A DNA stretch of 38,848 bases from Planctomycetota bacterium. Its GTDB lineage: Bacteria > Planctomycetota > SZUA-567 > H5-PLA8. The stretch is taken from contig JBBRPR010000076.1 in NCBI GenBank assembly GCA_038227875.1, forward strand, positions 1 through 38,848. The letters run 5' to 3'. Below, in pieces: positions 27,334 to 37,156 of this stretch. Position 1 is the first letter of the stretch, and each line of letters opens with the position of its first letter. Position numbers and translations under genes: made by a program. The notes beneath the pieces were generated by a model. That model was not told where the DNA came from and made no database searches. It saw only the letters and a list, made by a program, of their open reading frames with translations.

Positions 27334-30300
27334 TCATTGAGGCAGAAGTGAAAGTTCCTGAATTGCCGTGGCATCGCCAGGTCTTCTCTTCAGCAAATCG
27401 TTGAGAACGGCCCGCGCAGCCGAGACCTTGCCTTGCAAACTGTAAACGCGCGCCAGGTTCAGATACGACTGCGAGAATTCCGGAGCGACGCGCATTGCTT
27501 GTTGGAAAGTACTTTCCGCCTCGGATGCATTTTCCAAACGCAGATACACGACGCCCAGATTGTTCAAAGCCTCAGGGTAGTCCGGGCGGGCGCCGATGGC
27601 GCGCTTCAAATACGATAACGCGCGTCGGGGATCGTTTGTCTGCGCGTACACCATTCCGAGGCCGTAATTGGCTTCCGCATCCTGAGGATCGAGTTTCAGC
27701 GACTGTTCGAACGCCTTCTGCGCTTCGTTCAAATCTTTTGCCTGACGATATACGTTTCCCAAGTTGTTGATCGCCACAGAATAGGTCGGATCAAACTCGA
27801 GGGATTTCCTGAAATTGCGCACAGAAGCTTCAAGGTGTGCTTCGCGCGCGTCGAGAATTCCCAGATTGTTCCATGCGCGAGCCGCAGTTCCAGGATAATT
27901 GGCCGGAAGCTGGACCGCTCTCTCGAACGCAGCGCGCGCATCGGCCGATTTGTTTTGCGCTAGATAAACGCTACCCAGGGCGTAGGCAGGCTCCGAATTT
28001 TCTGGATTGTCCTTCGCTGCCAACTGAAAAAATATCTCGGAAGCATCGAAATACCCACGATCGAAAAAGACCGAGCCGAGTGACAAGTAGTTGCGCCCCA
28101 ACTCGTAACCCCCGTTGTAACCGGTGAAAGGAAGTCCCTTGGCGATTCGCGCGGCCCGCGTTTGAGGAATTGCGAGAGCATCCTTGGCAACGCGGTCCGG
28201 GGCCACAGCTCCCTGATAGATCTTCACGATCTGCCCTTCAGGATCAATCAGGAACGCACAGGGGATGGGCATGTCGCGATGCCGATCGTAGAGCTGGCGG
28301 AACAAAAGGTTGTAAATTGCGCAGGTGTCTGAAGACACCGCAACGGTCGTGAAATTCGACTTCGCACTAGTATTCGCCGTGACCGCTTTGCTATTCAAGT
28401 CGTCAGTCGCGACGTGCAAGACAAGAACGCTTAAGCCAGAGCGCTGAATTGCAGCTCCCGCCCGTTCTAGAGCCTGCAAATTCGTAGCGCTCTCGAGCGA
28501 TAATTCAGACGTGAACACCAGCAACAGTGGTCTTCCCCGATAGGAAGCCAGGTCGTACTTTTTGCCGGAGGCACCCAATACCGCAGCCGCGGGCGGGCTA
28601 ATGGGTTGAAGCAACCACGTTTCCACCGTGTCTGCACCCGAAATTTCCGTGCCGATTGGTGCGGAATGACTCAAATCTGGTGGCTCACGAAATGTTTCGA
28701 GTTGAGCCGCGTCTGCCTCCCGCACACTCACGCGATTCCCTGGCGGAAGATCCTTCAATTCTTGTACCAGCCCGCTAGGCCACCGCACGGTCGCACTAAC
28801 CGGGCCTTTGTGGTCGCCAAGTCCAAACGTTAGTTCTTTGCTGTGCTGTGCCAAAAATCCGGAGCCCGCTTGAACGTACTGTGTTTGCTTCCCGCTTTGC
28901 GTACGCAACTCAACAATCGCGCCAATTGCATCGCGGTTACTTTTCACTCCCTGGAGACGAAATGAAATTGTCGAACCCAATTCCGGAAGCCTGTTTTTGA
29001 TCAGCCGAACTTGCGGCCCCCCCCGGTTCTTTAAGAGCATTTCGACGCGGCCATCATGATCGAGGTCGCCCAACGCAAACGTGCGCGCGTCTTCGATGAA
29101 GTCCATGCCAAGAACGGCGGAAACGTCGGAAAAAGTACCGTCATGATTGTTGACGTACAGCATATTGCGTTCGAATCCGCTCCACGTACCATCCGCGCGA
29201 ATCAACTCGTTGATTGCATTCCACCCTTGCTCGTATGCGGTTGATGGTTTGGCGTCGTTTGGAGAATTTGCGATAACCTGCCGCCAGAAAAAACTATTGA
29301 GATCTTCGCCGGATGGTCCTGTGACCATTCCGTTTGTGATGTACACGTCCGGAAAGCCATCTTGATCAAAGTCCCACGCATCGCTCGACCACGACCAGCG
29401 CCCCATCGCCAATCCGGATTTTTGCGTATCGTCTTCAAATTTGTTGCCGCCGAGATTCCGAAGTGTGGTGTTGCCTGTCGCGTGTTTATGGTAAAGCGCA
29501 CGCGCGGCTTCATCATCGCGCTGACGAAAACCCGGTTGACTCGCGATCCGATTGCCGGCCGCCGTCCACATATTCGCGACGTAGAGATCACACTTGCCGT
29601 CGTTATTGTAGTCCAGACAGGAAACACTCATCCCAGCCCCGACGTCTTCGACGCCAGCTTGGGGCGCGATGTCTTCGAAGTGCCCAGTCCCGTTGTTGGC
29701 GTAAAGATTCTTTCGCCCGAAATCGTTGACGACGTAGAGATCGGGCGCATTGCCAGCGAGCGATGGCCGCCAGGCACAGCAAAAACTAAATCGCTTGTTG
29801 TTGGCCCTCAATCCAGCCTCGCGGGTAACGTCGCGGAACGTCCCGTCTCGCTGATTCCTCAGCAAAAAATTCGCCGGGCCATTGTCGGCATTGTAGTAGG
29901 GCGTCGGATAACGGTACTGGTCGGCGCCTTGATAATAGGAATACAGGCAAAAATAAATGTCGAGCCATCCATCGTTGTCGTAATCGGCTGCCGCCGCTCC
30001 TGTGAACGTGCCTTGCGGCGGTATCGTGAATTGAAACGCATTGGGGCGCTCACGAAATTTACCATGCCCTTCATTAACAAAAAGCGATGGCCCGCCGGCG
30101 CGCACCACGACCAAATCCTGACGACCGGAGTTCGTCACATCCAGGAACAGCGCGCAGGCTGTGTTTTCCAGCAAACCCGTTCCGGATGACTCTGTGACGT
30201 CCTCAAACGTTCCGTCGCCGCGGTTGCGATAGAGGCGATTCGGCAGACCGGACGGCTGGCAAACATAAATGTCGTCGAAGCTGTCGTCGTCTATGTCACC

Positions 30301-31224
30301 CAGAGCAATGCCGTTGTGGCCGTAGACATCGATGCCGCATGCGCCGTCCAGCACCGTCCGCCAGTGGTCGAGGCCTGGTGAGAGTTGAGCACGAAACGAC
30401 GCCGCGGAAGCGAACGCCAGTGGCGCGATGTCCGCGAAACTCGATGATCCTGAAAATCGTGCTCGTTCTTCCTGAGTGACGCGCCAGCCGGCGATGCGCG
30501 CCTCGGTTTCGTTTGGCAAAATCCAATCGATTGACCAGTAGCCAACGCGCTGCTCGCGCGAAGCGTCCGGGCACGTACCGAAAATTTCGAAGCGAACATC
30601 CGTCTGTACCTTAACAGCGGCTGGTTGCTCGGTGATTAAAATTACGCTGATGCTCGTGACTTGGAATTCCGCGACACTGAGCCTGTTGAACGCTGCAAAT
30701 TCATTCTTCAACGCGGCAAGAAATTCGTTAGCACCCCGCGGGGCCTCGGAGTTGAATTGCAACCGTGATATTGTCAACGCGGAAATCGGACGCAGAACGT
30801 CTCGCTTCGTGGGGCTGAAAGTCGCTCCACGAAAGTCGTGTGTCAGCGCAGCCTCGAGGGTTCGCGTTGTTTTCGGCGACCTTAGCAATTCGGACGCCCA
30901 TTGAGAAAGGACGCCTGCAATCGGCTCGTGGTACATCTCGGTGACGAAGGCGTCGTTGCCCGGCTTGACCTTGGAGAACATCGCCGCCAAGGGCGGTCGA
31001 TTTCGGTAGTGCGGCTGAAGGTGAAGCTGGCCTGGCGTTTCCGTCTCACCGAACAATGGTGAGGTAGGGAAAAATGGAGAACTCGCCGGCAGCAACCCCG
31101 AAGCAGCGAAGGATGGAATGAATAAGAACGCGCCGCCACTTCCGAACTGCTTGAGAAATTCGCGTCGATTACTGCCGTTGCACAGCAGACCCCGCTTGCT
31201 ACGCCCGTTACCTCGCTGGTTCAC
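27334..31224 (-). CDS. Tat-exported FG-GAP/ASPIC-UnbV (CRTAC1-like) protein with redoxin-like and TPR domains
   Basis: SNRREFL Tat motif; DIDDDSFDD, DYDNDGWLD, DYNNDGKCD and DFDQDGFPD repeats; SNRDAIGA...GSGFLAQ...FGLG...VRWPSG (ASPIC/UnbV); FLIDPEGQIV; C-terminal TPRs; GTG 31224 after GGAG. Confidence 0.9.
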   Translation of the reverse strand: MNQRGNGRSKRGLLCNGSNRREFLKQFGSGGAFLFIPSFAASGLLPASSPFFPTSPLFGETETPGQLHLQPHYRNRPPLAAMFSKVKPGNDAFVTEMYHEPIAGVLSQWASELLRSPKTTRTLEAALTHDFRGATFSPTKRDVLRPISALTISRLQFNSEAPRGANEFLAALKNEFAAFNRLSVAEFQVTSISVILITEQPAAVKVQTDVRFEIFGTCPDASREQRVGYWSIDWILPNETEARIAGWRVTQEERARFSGSSSFADIAPLAFASAASFRAQLSPGLDHWRTVLDGACGIDVYGHNGIALGDIDDDSFDDIYVCQPSGLPNRLYRNRGDGTFEDVTESSGTGLLENTACALFLDVTNSGRQDLVVVRAGGPSLFVNEGHGKFRERPNAFQFTIPPQGTFTGAAAADYDNDGWLDIYFCLYSYYQGADQYRYPTPYYNADNGPANFLLRNQRDGTFRDVTREAGLRANNKRFSFCCAWRPSLAGNAPDLYVVNDFGRKNLYANNGTGHFEDIAPQAGVEDVGAGMSVSCLDYNNDGKCDLYVANMWTAAGNRIASQPGFRQRDDEAARALYHKHATGNTTLRNLGGNKFEDDTQKSGLAMGRWSWSSDAWDFDQDGFPDVYITNGMVTGPSGEDLNSFFWRQVIANSPNDAKPSTAYEQGWNAINELIRADGTWSGFERNMLYVNNHDGTFSDVSAVLGMDFIEDARTFALGDLDHDGRVEMLLKNRGGPQVRLIKNRLPELGSTISFRLQGVKSNRDAIGAIVELRTQSGKQTQYVQAGSGFLAQHSKELTFGLGDHKGPVSATVRWPSGLVQELKDLPPGNRVSVREADAAQLETFREPPDLSHSAPIGTEISGADTVETWLLQPISPPAAAVLGASGKKYDLASYRGRPLLLVFTSELSLESATNLQALERAGAAIQRSGLSVLVLHVATDDLNSKAVTANTSAKSNFTTVAVSSDTCAIYNLLFRQLYDRHRDMPIPCAFLIDPEGQIVKIYQGAVAPDRVAKDALAIPQTRAARIAKGLPFTGYNGGYELGRNYLSLGSVFFDRGYFDASEIFFQLAAKDNPENSEPAYALGSVYLAQNKSADARAAFERAVQLPANYPGTAARAWNNLGILDAREAHLEASVRNFRKSLEFDPTYSVAINNLGNVYRQAKDLNEAQKAFEQSLKLDPQDAEANYGLGMVYAQTNDPRRALSYLKRAIGARPDYPEALNNLGVVYLRLENASEAESTFQQAMRVAPEFSQSYLNLARVYSLQGKVSAARAVLNDLLKRRPGDATAIQELSLLPQ

Positions 31225-31489
31225 AGCTGTTCTCCGGAAGAATACTTCATACTGGCAGTCCGCTACGTTGCGTCGTCCCAGACAAATTGTAATTCTTGGT
31301 ACTCTAATCCGCCAGGTGCCAGTAATGCCGCATCGCCATGTACCATGCATCCAGCGCTGCGACCGACCAACAACCTAGCAGGCACGGCGTTGGTTCCAGC
31401 TCTTCCCGCCGCGGTCGGAGGCCGCACGCGCGCTATATTTGCCACCACACCCAACGCGTGTGCGTAAGCACGACCCACGAGAACTGGCC

Positions 31490-31600
31490 GGGCGAGAACG
31501 TGGATTCGATACATAGTGGCGACGTACGGCCGACGAAGAAGAAAAATGTCACCAACGCTAAATAGAGCAGCGCGATTCGTTTGTGGTCAGTGTGAGCAGC
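31490..31600 (-). pseudogene. Degenerate N-terminal fragment of cytochrome c oxidase subunit I
   Basis: With frameshifts reads LLT/TDHKRIALLYLALVTFFFFVG/YVATMYRIHVL, matching the TDHKRI...helix I...R motif of CtaD/CoxA. Confidence 0.7.
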
Positions 31601-31942
31601 CCCGAGTCAAATTCCTCTATGTGGTATTTTGATGGTCGCGCGGCAGGTCGTGGCCAGTCGCGCTCAGTAATGATTGATTCGATTTGAGGTTATGAAAGCG
31701 CCATCGTATCGCCAACTGGCTTTGGCGACAGCAGCCTCTTGCCCGGATCGGATCTGGCGCATACAATTCTAGCGAAGACGTGATGAATGGGTCGGAAAGT
31801 AGTATTGCTGCTGGGCAAGAAGGTGGCTGGCTCGCCTAGAAGAAAATTGGCGGCGCGGCGACGATAGCAAATCGGGCGTTGATTCTACGAGCGACTAAGC
31901 TAAAATGTTTAATTAATGTAGTCTCTGTAGAACTAAACTCCT

Positions 31943-31971
31943 CGAGCCGCCCTCTGAACCAGGGCGGCTCG
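31943..31971. terminator. GC-rich hairpin, possible terminator
   Basis: CGAGCCGCCCT-ctgaacc-AGGGCGGCTCG is a perfect 11-bp stem; the U-tract is weak. Confidence 0.45.
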
Positions 31972-32004
31972 CTATTCCGATCGTTCCCACGCCCACAAAG
32001 TGCT

Positions 32005-32290
32005 CAGCGCAGATAAGGTTTGTGGCTTGCAGCTGCCATTCGGATAATCCGAATTCGTCTCTTCATCGCAACGATCACGACTGTTACCTGGAAAGTTCTC
32101 AGGCCCTCCCTCCTGGCACGCTCGTCGCTCTAAAAGTGGACAAGAGCCAGTGTTTGAAGCAACTGGCACGGTGCTTTATTCGTGGCCGACACTTGCCATC
32201 GGCTTCGCTTTTCGAGAAGTAAAATCGGCGTTTCAGATCATATTGGAAGGCTGACTGCGAGAGTCACTAGAACGCCAAAGTAAGCGACCA
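32005..32290 (+). pseudogene. PilZ-domain pseudogene
   Basis: RFVA...DCYLESSQALPPGTLVALKV, frameshift near 32143, then EPVFEATGTVLYSWPTLAIGFAFREVKSAFQIILEG*L: the PilZ barrel pattern with a frameshift and a stop. Confidence 0.7.
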
Positions 32291-32334
32291 TCGATTGAGC
32301 ATGTCGAACGTGACTAGCCCAGGGGGAGTGTGCC

Positions 32335-32823
32335 GTGTTCCACTTTCATGCTCCTCCGCCGATGAGTTCCATGGTGCATTCGATTCTGTCGCGAATAGAG
32401 AGCGGACAAATGACACCAAGTATTGGCACGCTAGAGAAAGTGTCTGATGCTTTAGGTGTGGGTTTAAATCAGTTTTTCATGCCGGAATCCGAGAGCGAAG
32501 GACTTCTGCAAAATTCATTTATTCAAGGGTTGCAACCGTTTCTTTGCCAGTTGGAATGGGCGCAGTGGCAAGCCATCTTGAAAAGACTGCACGCCATCGG
32601 AGCCGATGTGAATAAACCGCTGCCCGCTCTCCATCCAATCGGAAAGCGCTCTGGCCAGCCACAGCGTCGTAACGTGGCCGGTCATATCGGAGCTGGCCAT
32701 CCGGAAGCGACTACCGATCAGGTCGACGGGCAGACTCGCTACAACGCGCCCCATCGGTCAGTGGCTACGACATGTCAAAACGCTAATTTCGCGCCGAGGC
32801 GAGCACATCTTTCACGCACGTAG
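32335..32823 (+). pseudogene. N-terminally truncated XRE helix-turn-helix regulator
   Basis: SILSRIESGQMTPSIGTLEKVSDALGVGLNQFF matches XRE helices 3-5; helices 1-2 are absent. Confidence 0.7.
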
Positions 32824-33094
32824 ACTACCGTTCTTTTCACTGTACATCGTGAAAAGAACGATCAGGATGTCCAGGGTCGCTTCTTTAGTATCGCCGCCAC
32901 CTCTGCTCCGTTCATCCGTGGCATTGAAAGATCGAGCAAAACCAAGTCCGGCTTTAGTGACTTCGGCTGCTCGACGGCGTCCAAACCGTCGACCGCCTCT
33001 CCGCAGATCTCTATATCGGCAACGCCTTTCAAAAATTCGCGCATACCATACGCACGTTCGGACTGTCATCGGCTATCAAGATTCGTGACGGCAT
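32812..33094 (-). pseudogene. Response-regulator receiver (NarL-like) pseudogene
   Basis: MPSRILIADDSPNVRM / MREFL...EICGEAVDGLDAV...PDLVLLDLSMPRMNG / ILIVLFTMY, split by two frameshifts. Confidence 0.85.
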
Positions 33095-33269
33095 AATCTA
33101 CGAGATATGTAAGGCTTTTGCGGTATTCTCAATACACCCATCGCTGTATAAAACCCAACCCTCGCCAGCCCTTCTGATGTCACCCCTTTGGCTGTCGGGA
33201 GAGGTTGTACCTACACTTAATCCCGTTATTTTGTCTGAGCGCTACGCCCTAACGAACCAGAAGGTCCGG

Positions 33270-33897
33270 GGCGCACTGGTCACCGGACAGCCGGAAACTG
33301 GCCTTCGATTCTCGGCAATCCGGTCACACGGAGGTGTACGTCGTGGACGTCTCGGAGCGGCTGCCACGAAAACTGGTGACTAATCTGCCTGAAATGTCTA
33401 TGCCAAGTTGGTCCCGGGACGGAAAGTGGATTTATTTTCAATCTACTACTGACCAGAGAATTTTTCGGTGCCCCTCGAGCGGTGGCAATGCCGAGGCGCT
33501 CACAGCGGAGCCGGGCTCTTTTGCTTTCGAATCCTCCGAAGGTGGAACGGTGTACTTTTACACGGCGTCCGGTCGAAAATTGCGTATGTTGCAGCTAAAC
33601 CAAATCGGCGCTACGTTTGAAGTCCTAAGCATGCCTGCTGTCAGCGACCAAAGTCAGTATACCGTCGTTCCGGGAGGAATCTATTTTGTTCCCGCAGACA
33701 CGCGCAAATCCGTCAACTATTTCGATTTTTCGACACGACAAATTCGAAAAGTGTTTAACACCGACTTGGAACACAACAACGCACTCTCCGTGTCGCCCGA
33801 CGGGCAGGGGATTCTCTACACCCAGATTGGCCAGCTAAACGCTGACATTATGGTTGTCGACCACCTGCAGTACTGCCCACTCGGTGCTCATCGGTGA
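33270..33897 (+). pseudogene. C-terminal fragment of TolB/PD40 beta-propeller protein
   Basis: HWSPDSRKLAFDS, PSWSRDGKWIYF and LSVSPDGQGILYTQ repeats; in-frame stop just upstream and no N-terminal domain. Confidence 0.8.
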
Positions 33898-33970
33898 CAG
33901 TTGCCGATCCTCTCATCACCAGCAAGTCGACGCCGGGGGCGCCCGCGCCCGTCTAACTCCTGATTAGTCG

Positions 33971-34174
33971 GGTGGTCTCAATAGGTCGACGCAACACTCA
34001 GCGCGGACCCGCATTACATTGAAAACAAAACCTAAAAGCGCCGGTTAAGTTAGATCAGCCGGAACGTTACCCTGGCTGGGTTTTGGCTGCGCCAGCCAAA
34101 CAGATCGGTTCTTCAGGGGAAGTATTGTCGGACCAACTGATTAGGAGGTGTTGCATCGACCGTCTGAACCGGTA
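33971..34174 (-). mobile_element. Internally deleted IS30-family element (~200 bp, MITE-like)
   Basis: Inward-facing IRs TCAATAGGTCGACGCAACAC and GTGTTGCATCGACCGTCTGA (16/20); minus strand retains RQYFP*RTDL and terminal SVASTY* of an IS30 transposase. Confidence 0.8.
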
Positions 34175-34329
34175 CGGGTTACCGGACATCTCTAACAATG
34201 TCGGCCCTGTCAAACTGTTTTTTCGCGCACGTCTCCGTTCACTCCTGGGAGCGGGTTCGTTCGACGATCTTTTCGGACTGCAGCGTTGAGACCACGGCTC
34301 GCCTGTAATCTTTCGGTCGGTGTTTCAGT

Positions 34330-34463
34330 CCGACCCAAACATCTCTTCGATCAAAACTTCGACCATGATTACTACTGCAAACTCTTTCTTATGAGAGAGC
34401 GAGATGCCCAATCATGTGGACGGCGCTTTAGTTCACGCCATGTCCGGTTACGAGCTGTCCCGC
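34330..34463 (-). ncRNA. Candidate bridge RNA/seekRNA of the IS110/IS1111 element
   Basis: Two stem/internal-loop/hairpin units; loop segments match the element's own flank (9 nt) and right end (8 nt) around a shared ATG core. Boundaries approximate. Confidence 0.65.
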
Positions 34464-35016
34464 GTGCGAACTGAACTTGACCCACTGCGAATATTCCCAA
34501 TCGTTCCGCCACATCCAGTACAAGCGCACGGCCAGTCTGCGGGCCATAGCCACCTTGGCGATGTTTCTTTGCCGACGCATCGCCAGGTGCACGTAGCGAC
34601 GTCTCCACTCCACATCACAACGCGCTGCCGATTGCGCTGCTTCTCCCAGTAAATAACGCAATAGAGCATTGCCTTGCTTGCTGATGTGTCCCAGCCGTTG
34701 ATGGCCCGCGCTGGAATCTTCTGAAGGGATCAGTCCCACATAGCTGCCGATCTGCTTGCCACACGGAAACCGCTCCGGAGTTCCGATGATCAACACGTAC
34801 GCAAGCGCCGTAAGCGGGCCCACGCCAGGATGCGTCATTAGCCGCAGCACTTCGGGCCGTTTCTTGGCTTCCTGCTCGACCGCTGCGGTTAACAACTCGA
34901 TGGTGGGATTCATGCCGTCCAGCAGCTTCAGTAAATCTTGCCGGCGCCGGCTGGCCCAAGTCGCTAACGGAAGTTTTTCCAGCTGGGCTCGTCCTGACTC
35001 GCTCCACAGCTTTTTT
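34428..35016 (-). pseudogene. IS110-family transposase, C-terminal half only
   Basis: LMTHPGVGPLTA, YVGLIPSEDSSAG, GHISKQGNALLRYLLGEAA and AKVAMARRLA; the N-terminal DEDD/RuvC-like domain is missing. Confidence 0.92.
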
Positions 35017-35497
35017 AGTGGCGTAATCGGACAGGTGGTTTTTCGGAAAACGCGAGTCGAGCCCTGCCGTAGATCCACAATCCTTGCTGTTTTCCGCACT
35101 CGTAGCCCAACGATCAGCAGCGAGGAGCCTCTTCCTACATGCGTGAAGGCGATCTTTGCCTAAATCATGCCGAAAGTTGTGCTACGCAGTTTTTAGGGAG
35201 ATTAGCGGGTTCTACCGTCCCACCGCACCGAGAATGAGGGGGCCCCGATGAGAGCTGAAGCAGGTCTTCGTATTTAGAATAATTTTTTGGTACCGATGAT
35301 TCGGCAGTAGGATTGCGGCCAGTTCCGCAGTTCTTTGGAATTTCCCAAGTCAGTAACTGGAATCCCGCCATAATTCAACCATTGCAAGAATTAACCCCAA
35401 AAGGAGAAAAACAAAAAACGCATTGGAGTGGCGAGTCAAGCGAGCGAAGATGACCGGTGATGAGAATTCTGTGTCGCACATATATAATGGCGCTCAC

Positions 35498-35722
35498 ATG
35501 TTAGACGGTCTCAAAGTCGCTAAAATGGATGCTCAAATTCGCCTTATTTGTCCGGACCATCCAACGGCACCTCTTGAAAACGGAACAACCGTTATTGGTG
35601 ACGTTACCCGATTTTCCCGACATTGCTCCGTTGATGGATGCCATAATCTCGCTTACGCCAGCACCGAAGAAGAGCTTGACCAAAACGTTCAGGAGATGAG
35701 CCGAACGTTTCGCGATTCCTAA
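35498..35722 (+). CDS. Small hypothetical protein with CPDH...CxxxxCH (possible Zn ribbon)
   Basis: 74-aa ORF; TATAAT at 35483-88, 9 nt before ATG; protein-like composition. Confidence 0.45.
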   Translation: MLDGLKVAKMDAQIRLICPDHPTAPLENGTTVIGDVTRFSRHCSVDGCHNLAYASTEEELDQNVQEMSRTFRDS

Positions 35723-36166
35723 TTTCGTAATTGAGACCTAGCCTTTCGGTTCGCTACCGGGCTACGGCTCGGTCCGCTCACAGCCCCAGGGTTTTCGCTT
35801 TCGCTTCATGGTGTAGGCATCGAACATTTATTTTTATAAGCTCTCCAACGCTTTTGTAAGCACTTGCCCTAAATTAACGAAAACAAGCTGGAGGCAACGC
35901 TACGCAGGTTTGAACGAAAATAGCGCCCCGGCCGATGGCAACCTACGACGCTCCTGATTGGTCGCGTAATCGGAAAAGTGCCAGTGTTGCGTCGACCATG
36001 TGAGCCGGCAGCGGTAACCGGACAACTAGGTTTCCTAGTTTCCCGTAACGTCTGTGCTTGTCTCGTCCTGCGGACGGCTGTTGCTCCACGGAGAAGCCTG
36101 CCCGCCTCCTGCAATAAGTCGCGCGCTGGTTGGGGGTCTTCGCGTCGAGTACATCTGCTGGCAATT

Positions 36167-36667
36167 TCACGGAAGTTTTAGTCCTCGTGCCGGCCGCCGG
36201 GGCCGGCGGTTTATTACATTCTCTTTCCTTTCACAAACATCTTTATTCGAAACAACGTACCCACGAGGTCCCAAAAGCTTTCTCAGCAATGCTCGGAAGC
36301 GCTTTCGCCGGGCGGTAGTGGTCTGTGGGTTTGTTGGCGGAATCAATCGCTCCATAACGACTTGAACTTTTTCGTCACCCCAAAGCAAGTATTCGTCCTG
36401 CTTCCGCGTCAGGATCAGCTTCGACACGTGCTCAGCAAGAGGTCGGACGTCCAAATACTTACTTTCACCGACGAGTTTCCGGCGATTATATTGAATCACA
36501 AGCGTCCTTATCAGAGATGCGGATGTACTTCCAATGGAAACCATGAGGACTGAAACGCGAATACCGATACGATCAGCGCCACGATGCAGCGCCAGTCTGT
36601 CCGCTATGCCCTCGGCTTGACGACCTGCTTCGCACACCGTTTGGGGGGATTTGATGTATGCGCCCAT
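36167..36667 (-). CDS. Hypothetical protein (possibly degenerate)
   Basis: 166-aa ORF whose central/C-terminal part (LDVRPLAEHVSKLIL...QTTTARRKRFRALLRKLL) looks protein-like; start uncertain. Confidence 0.35.
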   Translation of the reverse strand: MGAYIKSPQTVCEAGRQAEGIADRLALHRGADRIGIRVSVLMVSIGSTSASLIRTLVIQYNRRKLVGESKYLDVRPLAEHVSKLILTRKQDEYLLWGDEKVQVVMERLIPPTNPQTTTARRKRFRALLRKLLGPRGYVVSNKDVCERKENVINRRPRRPARGLKLP

Positions 36668-37156
36668 CTCATATGACGGGAACCCAACTAGTCATTTTTC
36701 ATTGCTATTCCATCGGTTGTTCGCGAGCCGTTTATTTGCGATATACCGTTGCGTCGCCAGGAATATCTGACTTTCCAGTTTCGAAGTGTACCGCTCCCAA
36801 GGTTGCGCGTCCGCGTTGCCTTAAAGATTCGGATACGCTTTCGTCATGCTGCGGTGGACCTGAATATCGATTCAAGGCAGCAATAAGTGGTCTCGCTGCT
36901 CTGGGATTGCTGACTTCGCCTTCCAGTATTTCCTGGTTGGACAAATCGCGGCCGTACAGATCGCGGTTTGCATCGCCGTCGGGGCGCAAGGTTGCTCCCT
37001 CCAACGACAAGCCCGCGAATAACCCTCGCGATCGGGACCAGGACAAAATCTCCGCACGCAACAAGACATCTGTATTAGCACCGGCATTTCTACCAACGGG
37101 GCCTGCAGCTGCTGCAGCCTCTCCGCCGATGGTGAATTTATCCGACAGGAGTCTTT

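Larger units (their letters stand above)
34187..35016 (-). mobile_element. 5'-truncated IS110/IS1111-family element (right end intact)
   Basis: Transposase C-half plus about 240 bp non-coding right end with an outward TTGACA (34213-34208). Confidence 0.88.

Noticed and set aside
29362..30189. 275-aa plus-strand ORF
   Set aside because: Antisense to the FG-GAP repeats of the ASPIC/UnbV gene.
31825..31870. TGGCTGG.../TGGCGGCG... as reverse-complement tRNA ends or a recombinase tail
   Set aside because: No T-loop (TTCRA) can be found; too short to support.
35017..35099. N-terminal part of the 223-aa IS110 ORF
   Set aside because: Not transposase-like; chance read-through across the deletion junction.
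35739..35800. GAGCCGTAG... on the minus strand as group II intron domain V
   Set aside because: The hairpin does not fit domain V geometry and there is no reverse transcriptase remnant.
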